The notes below the pieces were generated by a model. It saw nothing but the letters and a program-made list of their open reading frames with translations, was not told the origin of the DNA and made no database searches. Shown here in pieces: positions 63,769 through 64,000 of a stretch of DNA of 64,000 bases; positions within the stretch are counted from its first letter, which is position 1; every line of letters begins with the position of its first letter. This stretch comes from Octopus sinensis (lineage: Eukaryota), in assembly GCF_006345805.1 (NCBI RefSeq), contig NC_043008.1, positions 17,980,001 through 18,044,000 on the forward strand, written 5' to 3'. A program made the position numbers and the translations under genes.

Positions 63769-63770
<2 letters not shown>
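63521..63770. repeat. Fold-back element in (TA)n, second copy
   Basis: Same 5' ~60 bp as 6901; arms ~63612-63672 and 63700-63765. Confidence 0.8.
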
Positions 63771-63832
<62 letters not shown>

Positions 63833-64000
63833 TTTATTATTGTTATTAAACCTGCAAAAACGTCACAAAATATCACACGGAACTGCTACTCTGAGTTTCA
63901 TGTTCCCGTTCGTCGGACACTTTACAATCCAAACATGGAAACGCACACACATACAAACTATACATGTTCAGCCTCATGCGGACGCCTCGTGTATAGTTTT

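Overview
AT-rich, microsatellite-dense eukaryotic DNA with no confidently identifiable host gene, probably intronic or intergenic. The SINE and microsatellite landscape suggests a coleoid cephalopod such as Octopus (inference only). The window holds dozens of tRNA-derived SINE copies in four locally defined families (A-D), decayed mariner, Tc1 and hAT elements, MITEs, Helitron-like repeats, an RTE 3' fragment and an LTR-retrotransposon 3' remnant. The one long ORF (33074-35074) belongs to a young, 5'-truncated Penelope-like element (RT + Cys-linker + GIY-YIG, Neptune-like). It has 210-bp inverted terminal repeats, each carrying a type I hammerhead ribozyme (HHR), and it sits inside the (TA)n tract of a SINE. 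Main discovery: a cluster of HHR-bearing non-coding retroelements. (i) A ~600-bp tandem-plus-inverted array (29132-31872) carries five type I HHRs and resembles a retrozyme. (ii) A tRNA-headed SINE (family D) has a minimal HHR in its tail. (iii) Several fold-back elements in (TA)n tracts carry partial HHR-like cores. All ribozyme calls come from manual motif and base-pair inspection; no folding or database searches were run. SINE boundaries are approximate.
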